Below are positions 14,288-28,095 of a stretch of 64,000 nt of DNA, in pieces. Position numbers and translations under genes: made by a program. Location of the stretch: assembly GCF_003918875.1 (NCBI RefSeq), contig NW_025765316.1, positions 124,001-188,000 of the forward strand, given 5' to 3'. Every line of letters begins with the position of its first letter. The first letter of the stretch is position 1. Origin of the DNA: Haliotis rubra (taxonomy: Eukaryota). A model generated the notes under the pieces. The model did not search any database. It saw only the letters and a program-made list of their open reading frames with translations, and was not told the DNA's origin.

Positions 14288-14448
14288 AGTGAGTGAGTGA
14301 GCTTTTAGCGCTTTTAGCACTATTGCAGCAATATCACGGCGGGGGACACCAGAAATGGGTTTCACATACATATTGTACCCATATGGGGACTCAAGCCGGG
14401 TCTTCAGCGTGACGGGCGGACGCTTTAACCACTAGGCTACCCCACCGC
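14288..14448 (-). mobile_element. tRNA-derived SINE, family A
   Basis: Same consensus as 50535-50732, reverse strand. Confidence 0.8.
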
Positions 14449-15059
14449 GACAAAGAATAAAAAGAAATCCATCTTAAAGTTATTCTGATAAAAAGGCACC
14501 TGTGATAAAATGAAGATTTATTTGAGTGAATTGCTCTCACAGGTTGTTTTTTAGCCACTGGAAGAAATAAATCAAGTGAAACAACAAAGAGCATCTTTTA
14601 AAACCTCACGCAATAATATATACTTCCCATCAAACGTTTAGACTCACTATTGTAAATATAGCCACTACTTCAGGCAACTGTTCTAAACTAAATTTTGCAA
14701 AATATTCCACACTGTTTAAAGGTACTGTTTATACATGAACTGATGCATTGTAAAACAAATTCGTAACGTTGAAAAGATCATTGTCATGAGTTCAATAAAT
14801 GATAAAAATCAGTGAATATTGGCGAATTCTTAACAAAACTTTACACCAAAACGCAGCTGTTCACATGCACGATATTTGCACTTGCTTTTCAGGAATTTGT
14901 TGCATGATCCTCGTACAATTCATCTGCATAAGGTTTGCAGTTGGTTCCCATAAGTTAGTGGAGAAATTCATCTTCGATGTAACCATATATATATATAACA
15001 TATAGTGAGTGTATGAAGTCAGTCTATACTTTTGAAGGGAAGAATATATACCAACTTAC

Positions 15060-15125
15060 CCAGGGCCAGTGGTTTGAGGAAATGAAGCTTTTACTAAACT
15101 TCCTGTAGCATGACGTGGCAAGTGC
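15060..15125 (-). promoter_or_regulatory. Candidate first (5' UTR) exon and promoter of GIMAP-A
   Basis: Donor tgg|GTAAGT at 15059. ETS-like ACAGGAAGT (15106-15098) and bZIP site TGACGTGGCA (15111-15120). Confidence 0.3.
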
Positions 15126-15269
15126 TCAGCTTGGAATAGAGAAATCGTGAGTACATAACAAGCAGGGCGATATACCCTGGCACCCACGGTTGTTACATCG
15201 ATATTGGTGAAGTTGATAATTGAAGTTAAATTATCGCACGTGACACAGCGACTGTTTGTGTAGGTGGTT

Positions 15270-18265
15270 GGGTTAATGCTGCATTATCCACATGTGACTT
15301 AATGTTATGTTATCCATCTGAGACTTAATATTGTGTTATCCTTTGTGACATAATGCTGCGTTAACCACATGCGATTTAATGCTGCGTTATCAATGTGAGA
15401 CTTCATGTTGTGTTATCCATGTGCGACGTAATGCTATGTTATCCATGTGCGACGCAATGCTATGTTATCCATGTGAGACTTAATGCTGTGTTATCCATGT
15501 GCGACGTAATGCTATGTTATCCATGTGCGACGTAATGCTATGTTATCCATGTGCGACGTAATGCTATGTTATCCATGTGCGACGTAATGCTATGTTATCC
15601 ATGTGCGACGTAATGCTGTGTTATCCATGTGCGACGTAATGCTGTTATCCACGTGAGACTTCATGTTCTGTTATCCATGCGCGACGTTATGCTATGTTAT
15701 CCATCTGTGACTTATTGGTGTGTTATCCATATGAGACTTAATGCTGTGTTATCCATGTGAGACATAATGATGTGTTATCCTTGTATGGCTTAATGATGTG
15801 TTATATATGTGAGACTTTATGCTGTGTTATCTATTTGAGACTTAATGCTGTGTTATCGATGTGAGACTTAATGCTGTGCTATCCATGTGAGACTTAATGC
15901 TGTGTTATCCTTGTATGGCTTACTGACGTGTTAGCCATGTGAAACTAAATGCTGTGTTATCCATGTGCGACTTAATCATGTGTTATTCATGTTAGACTTA
16001 TTGGTGTGTTATCCATTTGAGACTTAATGCTGTGTTATCCATGTGTGACTTAATGCTGTTATCCATGTGTGACTTACTGCTGTGTTATCCATCTGTGACT
16101 TATTGGTGTGTTATCCATGTGAGACTTAATGCTGTGTTATCCATGTGTGACGTATTGCTGTGTTATCCTTGTATGACTTAATGATGTGTTATATATGTGA
16201 GACTTTATCCTGTGTTATCTATTTGAGACTTAATGCTGTGTTATCGATGTGAGACTTAATGCTGTTATCCATGTGAGACTTAATGCTGTGTTATCCTTGT
16301 ATGGCTTAATGATGTGTTAGCCATCTGAAACTTAATGCTGTGTTATCCATGTGCGACTTCATCATGTGTTATCCATGTTAGACTTATTGGTGTGTTATCC
16401 ATTTGAGACTTAATGCTGTGTTATCCATGTGTGACTTAATGCTGTTATCCATGTGTGACTTAATGCTGTGTTATCCATCTGTGACTTATTGGTGTGTTAT
16501 CCATGTGAGACTTAATGCTGTGTTATCCATGTGTGACGTATTGCTGTGTTATCCTTGTATGACTTAATGATGTGTTATATATGTGAGACTTTATCCTGTG
16601 TTATCTATTTGAGACTTAATGCTGTGTTATCGATGTGAGACTTAATGCTGTTATCCATGTGAGACTTAATGCTGTGTTATCCTTGTATGGCTTAATGATG
16701 TGTTAGCCATCTGAAACTTAATGCTGTGTTATCCATGTGCGACTTAATCATGTGTTATCCATGTTAGACTTATTGGTGTGTTATCCATCTGAGACTTCAT
16801 GCTATGTTATCCATGTGTGACGTAATGCTACGTTATCCATGTGTGACTTAATGTTGTTATCCATGTGTGACTTAATGCTGTGTTATCTATAGGTGACTTA
16901 TTGGTGTGTTATCCATCTGAGACTTAATGCTGTGTTATCCATGTGTGACGTATTGCTGTGTTATCCTTGTATGACTTAATGATGTGTTATATATGTGAGA
17001 CTTTATCCTGTGTTATCTATTTGAGACTTAATACTATGTTATCAATGTGAGACTTAATGCTGTTATCCATGTGAGACTTAATGCTATGTTATCAATGTGT
17101 GACTTAATGCTGTTATCCATGTGTGACATAATGATGTGTTGTCTTTCTGTGACTTATTGGTGTGTTATACATATGAGACTTAATGCTGCCTCATCCATGT
17201 GAGACTTAATGCTGTGCTATCCATGTGAGACTTAATGATGTGTTATCCTTGTATGGCTTAATGATGTGTTAGCCATGTGAAACTTAATGCTGTGTTATCC
17301 ATGTGCGACTTAATCATGTGTTATCCATGTTTGACTTAATACTGTTATCCATGTGCGACGTAATGCTATGTTATCCATGTGTGACTTAATACTCTTATCC
17401 ATGTGTGACTTAATGCTATGTTATCCATGTGTGACTTAATGCTGTTATCCATGTGTGACTTAATGATGTGTTATCTATTTGAGACTTAATGCTGTGTTAT
17501 CCATGTGGGACTTCATGCTGTGCTATCAATTTGAGGCTTAATGCTGTGTTATCCATGTGCGGCGTAATGCTATGTTATCCATGTGTGACTTAATACTGTT
17601 ATCCATGTGCGACGTAATGCTATGTTTTCCATGTGTGACTTAATACTGTTATCCATGTGAGACTTAATGCTGTGTTATCCATCTGAGACTTAATGCTGTG
17701 TTATCCATGTGGGACTTAATGCTGTGTTGTCTATGTGTGACATAATCCTGTGTTGTCCTTAATTCTGTGTAATATATAAGTGCCTTAATGCTGTTTCATC
17801 CATTTGAGATTGATTGCTGTGTTATCCATGTGCGACGTAATGCTATATTATCCATGTGTGACTTAATGCCGTGGTATCCATGTGTGACTTAATGCTGTGT
17901 TATCCATCTGAGATTTAATGCTGGGTAATCCATCTGAGACTAAATGCTGTTATCCATCTGAGACTTAATGCTGTGTTATCCTGTGTCACGTAATGCTGTG
18001 CTTACCATGTGAGACCTAATGCTGTGTTATCTGTGTGTTACATGATGCTTGTTATCCACCTGAGAGTTAATGCTGTGTTAACCATTTGCGACGTAATGCT
18101 ATGTTATCCATGTGTGATTTAATGCTATGTTATCCGTGTGCGACGTAATGATATGTTATCCATGTGTGACCTAATGCTGTGTTTTAATCATGTGTGACTT
18201 AATGCTGTGATATCAAACAGTTAATAAATGCTGTTTTTCCGTTTGAGACTTAATACTCTTTTATC
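15270..18265. repeat. 26-bp satellite (gacttaatgctgtgttatccatgtga)n with higher-order structure
   Basis: About 3-kb tandem array; diagnostic variant monomers recur at 15817, 16205, 16591 and 17003. Confidence 0.95.
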
Positions 18266-18899
18266 CTTGCTGCCTATGAACTGGAGTGAAGATTCCAACA
18301 GCCTGACTCAGCAATTTGTAGCCAGATTATTTGTCATGCATGTGCTTGAAATACAATGTGAGTAAATAAACTATCGATTAGTTTTAGATAATCTACTGTT
18401 GAACGAATAAGCGACGTCATAGCTGTAGTGTAATTGTAGAAACACACGGACAACAGGGGTTGGTTATAAGTTTATGTAAATACCCATACAAAATATTAGA
18501 CATATCATTATCATGTGATATAAAAATCTCCAATATATCAGTCAAAAAAGCGTTTCAAGAGTAGTCATATCTTAACTGAACCTCGTAAAGAGTGAATCAC
18601 AAAATGCGTCACAGAAACATGATATTTCTGGCGTGTTAACTGGCTTAATTGTTGGGCAGCTTGAATTTCCAAATTAATATATACATGTAAATCAGTCGTA
18701 TATGAATTACCGATAGATGTACAAACGTAGCATGCATGTTTGGCAAGAGTACAGTAGCAAATGTTGAACACTTGAAACAGCAACCAGTAACACCAAGTAT
18801 TGTACGACGTAACAATCCAGCTAATGGGAACTGATTGTAAGGCTGGTGGTAACTGAATCATCCTGGAGGAATTGAAAGAAAGAAGCTCTCGGGAGTCTG

Positions 18900-19270
18900 C
18901 TATATATATATGTCCCAGTGAATATGAGAGTACTAAGTTTGTACTGGACAGTAGTCAGGTTTTGAATGATTTGGATGTGGTTGTGGTATTATTCCAGGGC
19001 AAAATAGCGAGCACAAAATGTGTGGTCCTAGACATTGGAAGACACATTACTCCCAAACTCTTGTGTCCTTGTTGTTCTTGAAGACGACTTGTCTTATTTT
19101 GTGGCAGGAGCCTCAATATCGGACTTTGATGGCAAGTTGTGGTATTTGCGACGAGTCTTCAATAATCCAGTGAGGCTAGACAAGACTAAGGTCCAGTCAT
19201 ATCACACCTCTACATGGTCCCGATGCATTAGGTGTCTTCCGGTATATTTTGTTGATGTGGGACTAAGTAA
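18900..19270 (-). mobile_element. Possible highly decayed CR1/L2-like LINE 3' end
   Basis: Minus-strand translation with stops: LASLDY*RLVA...FVLAILPWNN...SKSFKT*L, resembling the C-terminus of LINE ORF2. Confidence 0.3.
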
Positions 19271-19543
19271 AGGGAATCAGTGAAATACGAAGTCAGTTCT
19301 TGGGTCGATAATAAAAACCCGATATTAAACACCGAAAGTGTCAGCGTCCTTCGTCATAACAGATTATTCGCTTCTATCTTCATATTGCTGTTCAATTTAG
19401 TATTGAGGTAAAAGTCAGTTGATTGTCCAATTACAGAGTCCAGGAAAAAGTGAGGAAACTAAAACCTGACTTATGACCAGAGCAATGTCTTCTTGCAGGA
19501 GAGTGTTGGCGTGAAAGGCAGATTGACGAGCCAAAAAAGACAT

Positions 19544-20679
19544 TTACTTAGAGAACAACCCTCTAAAAAACTTTCCAATTTTGGGCAGAACACTCCCAAC
19601 GAGGGTTGGCAGGATGTTTCCAAGTATGCCCATTATACCTGGTTTCTCGTCATTGACTTCCTTTCGAGCGGTTTCTCTGAAGTTTGGCTTTTCTATTCCC
19701 AGTCTTTTCCTCACCTCCTTGTCTTTCTTCTTTCGTTCCATGTCCAGCTTGTTCTCTGATTCCTCCTTCTGTTTCTTAATGTCTCTCAAGGTCAGCTTCA
19801 GATTCATAACTTCTTTTTGGAGAGCAGCCATGTCTTTGTCGGTTTCGGCGTTATTTTCCTTTTCAATTTCAAGTTGTCGTATTCGGTCCTCCAGCTGTTT
19901 TCTGACTTCTGATGTTTCATCATGCTTCATCTGCAGTTTCAACTCAAATTCTCTCCAGATTGCGTCCCTCTCTTCTTGCCCCTTCCGTTCATGTTCCAGC
20001 CTCAGCTGCTCCTCTCTCATCGTCATGTTGCTCTCAGCCTCCTCAAACATTGCACTCGTATAGCACATACCTCCGTTGTCATCAACCATTTCGTCCACCA
20101 ATGTGAGGAAGGCCTCGACATCTTGTTCCTTCTCCTCATCACTTCCTCTGTTGTTGAAGGCAACGCATCTGTCATTGCACGACTTCACAAAGTCTCGCAG
20201 TGGCTGGGGGACTTTCTTTAAATACCCCTTGATGCTTTGCTTTTCATGCAAAAGATCGTCCTTTCTAGTGAACAGAATGATGATATAGTCCAACATATCT
20301 TCTCCAAACACAAGCCTAAAATGGTTCAGCGTGTCTTGTTCCTCTTGGGTAAAGCGGTCAATCCTCACAACGAAGACAAAGGCATGAGGACCTGGAGCTG
20401 TCATCCCGACACATTTCACCACCTCCTTGGTGATTTCAGCATTCGTCATACCTGTGTCGAACAATCCAGGACTGTCGATTATTTGGATATCCCGGCCAAA
20501 TCGATTGCTGGTTCCTCTCTGGCACCTTTTGGTAATAGATGATCCACATGCGCTTGATTCAAACACTTCTTTGCCAAGGATGTTATTGCCTGTAGCACTC
20601 TTCCCTGACCCTGTTCTACCAAGGAAAACTATTCTCCTTTCGGTTGGACCGAGGTCATTTAACGACCCAGTATCTGTCC
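19544..20679 (-). CDS. GIMAP-B: terminal exon, AIG1/GIMAP GTPase + coiled coil + C-terminal amphipathic helix
   Basis: Frame stays open upstream of the listed ORF through RRIVFLGRTGSGKSATGNNILG to a phase-1 acceptor tttcag| at 20681-20680. Close paralog of GIMAP-A. Model 21729-21726 + 21040-20936 + 20679-19544 = 1245 nt, 414 aa. Confidence 0.95.
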
Positions 20680-20935
20680 CTGAAACACAAATGATGCCTG
20701 ATTACAGACAGAAAATGCTGCGATAATTTATGAATTATCAACAATATTTACTTTTGTTATCTCCTGGGTTAAACTGTACAGTAACCCATGATGCATTACA
20801 TACTTCTTTTACATCAGATTAGTTTGGCGTTAATTTCAGGCATATTATTCTTGAATATCTAGTACCTAGATGACGTAATATATATTTCAGTGTGCATTAA
20901 GTATGTATTTTAATGAACAGGATAAAGTTTGTTAC

Positions 20936-21040
20936 CTGTCTTGCACCGACTTGGTCCCGGCATCGGCGCTGAACAGGCTTTGCATTTTTCCTTGCTGCCA
21001 TCGTTTTCAAGAGTACACTTGCCGCATATCCATTCCCCAT
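20936..21040 (-). CDS. GIMAP-B exon 2: RanBP2/NZF-type zinc finger
   Basis: 105-nt phase 1-1 exon, ttgtcag|...G|gtaac: DGEWICGKCTLENDGSKEKCKACSAPMPGPSRCKT. Confidence 0.85.
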
Positions 21041-21725
21041 CTGACAACACAGATACCACCACATATATTGGGACTTTCACAAACACCACAATCGTCACTA
21101 AGGACTTCTTATATTTAGAATGTACAATAAATGCTCAACAACTTAGGCAAATTACTGGGTAAATGTGCATACCGCGATATACCTCCTACATGTCCTTTAA
21201 ATGCACATACAAAATATAGTTAGGCAAATAACTGGGTAAGTGTGCACAGCACTTAAGGCCTCATAAATGGCCTTTAAATGTACATACACAATAAAGTAAT
21301 TTTCTAGTTGCGATTCTCTGTTACGAAGCCTTCTCAACACCATGTGATGTATTTTCTGTTTGATCTTGTTTAATTGATATTTGATTATTGATACAAATGG
21401 AGCTAAAATATAACCTCTGGACCAAATTCCCTTGTTTGATTTCCAAAAGGAGAATCTGCCCCACACGCACAGAGCAGCAGATCGACAAGGATGGGTGCAT
21501 AATTTGTGCCCCTGAGATCCATGCTTCTAGCCTGAATGTCCTGTCCCCAAATTTCACTCACTCACTCACTCACAATAACATTTACAATCACAATCACATT
21601 CACACACACTTAAACAGAATTGGGCAATTTGATTACATATTGTAACATATCGAAAAATAACTCTGGTTGAACTTTTGAAAAAGAAAGCATAAATGAAAGA
21701 AAAACAATGCACTGAAAACACCTAC

Positions 21726-21729
21726 CCAT
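21726..21729 (-). CDS. GIMAP-B start-codon micro-exon (coding ATGG; whole exon 21726-21763)
   Basis: tttcag|...caacATGG|gtaggt; gives MDGEWIC. Confidence 0.7.
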
Positions 21730-21894
21730 GTTGACTGCTGACACTTTTCTGCAGATTTTTCACCTGAAACAGAAACAGAAACTGAACAAATACAAAAGAC
21801 AAAGAGTACAATGTGGGTGGAGCTCACTGTTACCTTGGACGACTTACATTCTGCTGTGACTGAGGGGGGCGGTTTACAGGAGGGAACAAAATGG

Positions 21895-22035
21895 ATGGAT
21901 TTTAGGAATATTCCAGCAATATCACGACGGAGAACACAAGAAATGGTCTCCACATACTGTACCCATATGGGGAATCGAACCCGGGTCTTCGACGTGACGA
22001 CCAAAAGTTTTAACCACTAAGCTCCCCCATCGTCC
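21895..22035 (-). mobile_element. tRNA-derived SINE, family A
   Basis: Matches the family A consensus. Confidence 0.75.
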
Positions 22036-22139
22036 GGTCAACGAATGAAGCTAAAGAAACTGAAATGATCTGCCCTTGATCAACTTCATGACTAACTTTT
22101 GTATGTCCCCCTGACTCGCGTAATTTCTAACAAACACTG

Positions 22140-23360
22140 TCACTGACGTACTTTCTCAGTGACCAACACGGTCGCCGATTCCCGTACTCACTGACCAACA
22201 TACTCTCTTTCTCAAGTACGCACGGACCTACGTACTGATGTACTCGTGTATTTACAGATACAAGTACTCGCTGAACAACGTACTGACGTAATCGTCTATT
22301 TACAGATACAAGTTTTCACTGACCCACGAACTGACGTATTCATGGAATTTCACATAAAGGTACAAACTGACCCACGTACTGACGTTATCATGATCTTACA
22401 GATACAAGTACTCACTGACCCACGTACTGACGTACTCATGTCATTAGAGATACAAGTACTCTTTGACCAACGTACTGACGTACTCATGTATTTACAGATA
22501 CAAGTACTCACTGACCAACGTACTGACGTATTGATATACTTAAAGATACAAGTACTCACTGACCAACGTACTGAGGTACCCATGTATTTACAGATACAAG
22601 CACTCACTGACCAACGTACTGACGTACACATGTATTTACAGATGCAAGTACTCACTGACCAACGTACTGACGTACTCATGTATTTACAGATACAAGTTCT
22701 CACTGACCAACGTACAGAGGTACTCGTGTATTTACAGATACAAGTACTCACTGACCAACGTACTGAGGTACTCATGTATTTACAGATGCAAGTACTCACT
22801 GACCAACGTACTGACGTAATCGTATACTTACACATACAAGTTTTCACTGACCCACGAACTGACGTATTCATGTAATTTTAAATAGAAGTATTCACTGACC
22901 AACATACTGCCGTACTCATGCATTTACGGATACAAGTACTCACTGACCAACGTACTGACGTATTGGTATACTTACACATACAAGTACTCACTGACCAACG
23001 TACTGACTTATCTTGAACTTACAGATACATGTAATCACTGATCCACGTACTGACGTACTCTTGTATTTACAGATACTAGTACCCACTGACCAACGTACAG
23101 CCGTACTCATGTACTTACAGACACAAGTAATCACTGACCCAAGTACTAACGTACTCATTTATTTACAGATACAAGTACTCACTAACCAACGTACTGACGT
23201 ATTCTTGTACTTTCAGATACAAGTACTCACTGATCCAAGTACTGCCGTACTCATGTATTTACAGATACAAATACTCACTGACCAACGTACTGACGTACTC
23301 ATTAATTTACAGATACAAGTACTCACTGTCCTATGTACTGAGGTACTCGTGTACTTGCAT
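22140..23360. repeat. 48-bp minisatellite
   Basis: Unit tactcactgaccaacgtactgacgtactcatgtatttacagatacaag; gives 16-aa periodic ORFs on both strands. Confidence 0.95.
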
Positions 23361-23958
23361 AATTACTTCTATTTATTTCTGTTAAAACAACGCTTAATGT
23401 TTTGTTTCGTTGTGAACTTATTACATTTCCGTTTTAAAAGGAAGAGAATGATTGTATTTCTCAACACGTGACCAATCATTGGCATACCTAGTCCTGATGC
23501 TGTTTAGAAGTAAAGTAATAATTTCCGTCTGTTCTCTCACCCACGTGTATGAATATAAATTCATTTATACTCAAAATATAACATAGAGAACAATAAATAT
23601 ACTACTTGGTTAAAAAATTGCACATGGTGCCAGTCAGTCCCTAGTTTAGCTGGTTCAGACTCGAATATTTACAAAACGCTGCATTTTACTGTTAATTTAA
23701 ACGATCAAAATGTCAGTTAAAGTGGTATCACCAACACACCCAACTCACATGCCATTACATGTTTGCTTTAACGAAGCAGTACATGGCACAACTACAACGA
23801 ATTAAATACCATTATTGTTTTATTTTAACGAAAATGGATATAGCACAAACCCACCAAAACCAAGCAGGATATGGCACCAATACCAGGAGCTCAAGCAACA
23901 TCGCATTTTGACTCAAACAAGGCAGGAAAGTGAGAAACTCACTCAGACAGTATTGGGC

Positions 23959-24186
23959 GAGTGAGTGAGTTTAGTTTTACGCCGCACTCAGCAATGAGGC
24001 GACTAATGGGATGGGGTGGTCAGGCTCGCTGGCTTGGTTGACACATGTCATCGTATCCCAATTGCGTAGATCGATGCTCATGCTGTTGATCACTGGATTG
24101 TCTGGTCCAGACTCGTTTATTTACAGACTTGGCCATATAGCTGGAATATTGCTGAGTGCGGCGTAAAACTAAGCTCACTCACTCAC
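23959..24186 (+). mobile_element. Family B SINE-like copy with an inverted copy of its 3' tail at the 5' end
   Basis: 23959-23995 is the reverse complement of about 24148-24184, with 1 mismatch. Confidence 0.75.
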
Positions 24187-24884
24187 TACAGTGAATGCAC
24201 TACTATCACCGAGAAGAGAGAGATGGATCAGTCAGTCAGATCATATCTCGTGTCCAGTCCAGTTGCCTCTTGTTCACAACAAAGACTGTCGGCAAGTTAT
24301 ATATTATACAAATAGCTGACTCTATACTATCTAAAAACATTGTCTACACAAGATGACATGGTCATCGATATCCCTCACAATGGTAAATATTTGTCGCGAA
24401 TAACTGCTTATTGACTTTCTTTGTGTGCCCCTCTGATAAGTGTAAATTGGCACGCCTCCCACGACCTAAAACTATGAATACACGATGCCATTAGAAAGTG
24501 GTCACATATAACACATGTTACATTTGGGATAACACTTTCTCATAAAACTCTGAAAGTGACGGTTCGAATCCCGGATGGGACCCAACCAATTCTAACTAGA
24601 ATCTGTACTATACTGACAAGGTGCAATCCAAAATATATATGTGTAACTCGAAAAATCACTCTTTAAATACATGTAGACACATCAGTGGTCCCAAGTTACT
24701 ACAAAACAGACCGCCTCGGAACGAACACTATGTATCGCCGTCTATAAATACTTAAGCCAAAGTCATGGAAACTCGATTTTTTTTGTTTTTTATAAAACCC
24801 CAACGTATCAAAAGGCACAGTTCACTACTAGAACTTCCCATTTGTCACGTTTTGTAAAGGAATATTGTACCTTTTTTCACGATC

Positions 24885-26040
24885 TTCCATGTGGGGAGTC
24901 GAGTTCGGGTCTTCGGCGTGACGAGCCAACGCTTTAACCACTAGGCTACCCCACCGCCCCTAAAAGCCGTAATAGCGGTGACCAACATAACAGTATTGCA
25001 GGGTTTGCAAGACAGCGCGTGTGTGAATCTGAGTTGTTCAAGTGTTCGCTGGTCACGCCGATGGCGTGGAGGTTCGATTCCCCACATGAGTACAATGTGT
25101 GAAGACTGGTGTCCCCATTTCTGGTGTCCCCGTCGTGATATTGCTGGAATATTGCCAAACGCGCCGTCAGTATCTGTTGTCTAGTCTAATGTGTGCAGGA
25201 AGTCAACACTCGTTCCGATACACGATCTGTGACAGGATCATGTGCATGTTCTGTGAACCGGAAGTAAACCGCAGAGAACAATGCGACGCCGTGTGGTATA
25301 CAGTAGATTTTTGTGAGAGGATATGTATTTCCCCAGTAGAAATATGACTAATGGCATCTGTGCAGACCCGTCTGTCATAAATGTATGTCTTGGAAAGTAG
25401 TGTCATAGCTTAATACTTACATATGAACGTGGGTGAGTGAGTTTAGTTTCACGCCGCACTCAGCAATATTCCAGCTGCATGGCGGCGGTCTGTAAATAGT
25501 CACGCCTGGACCAAACAATAAAGTGATCAACAGCATGAACATCTATCTACAGAATTGGGATACGATTTCATGTGTCAACCACGTCAGCAAGCCTGACCGC
25601 CAGATCCCGTTAGTCGCCTCTTATGATAAGCTTCGGTTACTGACGATCAATTCTAACACGTGACTGCATAGGAACGTATTAAACGCTTCGAGAATACCTT
25701 GACTCATCACTGAATTTCAATATAATGTCTATTACGCCCAAAGTATAATGGATAATGTTTCTGCCTCAGAAATTGACGTTGTATATCAAATAGCTTTAGA
25801 AACTTGCTTCATTCCCCTGTTCACTGTCATACGCTGAGCCGTATATTATTATTCTTTTGTCTAAATAGACGTGGGGGAGTCGATAGAGCTGAAGATTGAA
25901 TATGTGAGTGAGTCGGGTGTTACGCTGCCCTAAATATCACGGCGCGGGGACACCACAAATGGCTTCACAAATTGTACCCATGTGGAGAATCGAACACGTG
26001 ACGTGTGAACGCTTTAACCACTTGGCGACCCCACCGCCCC
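24885..26040. mobile_element. Cluster of SINE copies: family A at about 24890-24960 (-), 25040-25160 (+) and 25905-26040 (-); family B at about 25430-25660 (-)
   Basis: Matches to the two dispersed consensus sequences in this window. Confidence 0.7.
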
Positions 26041-27340
26041 TCTTGTCGATGTAGTGGCAGGAATAATCGATTATGTTTTGTATGTATTGGACGATATATA
26101 GCTGGTAACCTCACCGCCCTAGAGCTGACAAAATGCTGGTTAAAGTTTGCCCTACTTACCACTGGTTCATATTTTGAGCAGGTCCGTGTATTGAATGTTC
26201 AATAGACGTACTTCAACCTTTTCATGTGATCACTTTCTACCATTGACTTTAGAAACATTTGCGGTTTAATATTTTGCTGCACGTTCGATCTCAAATTCAT
26301 TTTGTAGCTCTCAAAGCTCAGGTAACAATATCGTTAAACACAGGAACGTTATCTAAAAAACAGGGAATCATTGCATAGATAGTAGTACTAGTTGTCAATT
26401 ATAGAATGTGAGCGTCACTCCAGGTTGCAAGTTTCACGGTCATTGTAAGTAAGGGAGCTTGAACCTTGTTTTTTTTTAATTAATCCGGTACGTTCCGTAT
26501 TATTAGAGGCTGTATGAGAAATTGGCGTATGACTAAAGGGCTACAGCCAGTAAAACAATCGTTAACAGTTTTGGCTTTGTCAATGTCGCGATCGGTAAAT
26601 AGTGGAATCTGGATCCTTACTATCCAGTGATTGACACTATGAGCATCGATCTAAGCCACTGGACAATCACATGTAATCAACCATGGCAACGAGCATGTAC
26701 GTTAGAAGATAAGACAAGAATATCCCCAATAATCTCAACCTGAACAGAATATTTCTTCATATTTTATTTTCCCCCTATTTCTTTTTGAGTAAATGAGGGC
26801 CCCCTCAAAACCAAAAACCAAAAAAACAAAACAAAATATATATATAAAAATAAAAAATAATTGAATGAATAAAAAATAAAGATATATAAATGAATAAAAA
26901 TAAATAGAATAACGAAGAAATTAGGTAAAACTAAATCTACGTACACCCTTATCATATTTTTGGAAAACCACTGCACGTGACGGTCCCGTCCACGATTCCC
27001 CATTTCAGAATTCAAAAGGAAATTGACAGTACGGACCACCTCCTACACGCTCACTTCTCGATCTAAACTAGACATTCTCGGGAAAATTTCTCATGCACGG
27101 ATTACAAGTAAAAGAGGTATATTGCCGAACACAACTTCAACTACAATAGAAGACATGTAGTACCAAAATATAGAGGTGAACATAAGCTGCCCAAAGGTAC
27201 GAGATAAATACATGTATGTACAAATCCTAAGATGCAAAACTGACCATAAATACATAAATAAACTGTCCCACCCATACGAGATAACCTAAATCAATGCAGT
27301 ACATGAGGAAAGTATGCATTACACTGTCACAGACAACAAA

Positions 27341-27487
27341 NNNNNNNNNNNNNNNNNNNNNNNNNNNNNNNNNNNNNNNNNNNNNNNNNNNNNNNNNNNN
27401 NNNNNNNNNNNNNNNNNNNNNNNNNNNNNNNNNNNNNNNNNNNNNNNNNNNNNNNNNNNNNNNNNNNNNNNNNNNNNNNNNNNNNNN
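27341..27487. other. Assembly gap
   Basis: Run of N. Confidence 1.
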
Positions 27488-27648
27488 AGATCTTTGCGGG
27501 TTAAACGTGTATGATATTTTTACTTTGTCGGTATGAGTAATTGCTTGCTTGGCAAAATAATTATCTATCAAATTATAGGAAGTGAAAGCGTTATATAAGT
27601 TGTATTCTAAGTTAAACAACATATAACGAGTTGTAACAATTCTCTTAA

Positions 27649-27885
27649 CCCGTGAAGATCCGGGTTAGAATTGGTCTTCAGCAACCCATGCTTGTCGAAA
27701 GTAACGACCAAAAGGGTGGAGTTGTCAGGCTCGCTGACTTGGTTGACATCGTATCCTAATTGCGTAGATCGATGCTCATGATGTTAATCACTGATTTGCC
27801 TTGTCGAGACTAGATTATTTACAGACCGCTGTCGCATAGCTGGAATATTGCTGAGTGCGGCGTTAAACAATAAACACACAAACAT
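27649..27885 (+). mobile_element. Dispersed SINE-like repeat, family B (near full length)
   Basis: cccgtgaagatccgggttagaattggtcttcagc...gctggaatattgctgagtgcggcgttaaacaa; multiple copies in the window. Confidence 0.8.
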
Positions 27886-28003
27886 AACATTCTTGAAACC
27901 ATTTTTCAAATTGAAGCAAATATTTTCATCATAAAAAGTGAAACAACATAACAACTGGTACTATGAGACTATGAAGTATGATGCTGGTATCAGCGTGCCT
28001 TAC

Positions 28004-28095
28004 CTTATGCTTCAAACGCGTTCAGCCGTTTAGAACAAAGATCAACCACTGTCTCTTTTATGACGGGTGTATTTATAGACAATAAGCTTCCCCTT
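28004..28095 (-). promoter_or_regulatory. Candidate TATA promoter and short 5' UTR exon for GIMAP-B
   Basis: TATAAATA at 28077-28070, Inr-like CAGT about 27 nt downstream (about 28050), donor AAG|GTAAGG at 28003. Confidence 0.4.

Noticed and set aside
22246-23471. 16-aa repeat ORFs on both strands
   Set aside because: A 48-bp minisatellite whose unit is a multiple of 3; no splice or domain support.
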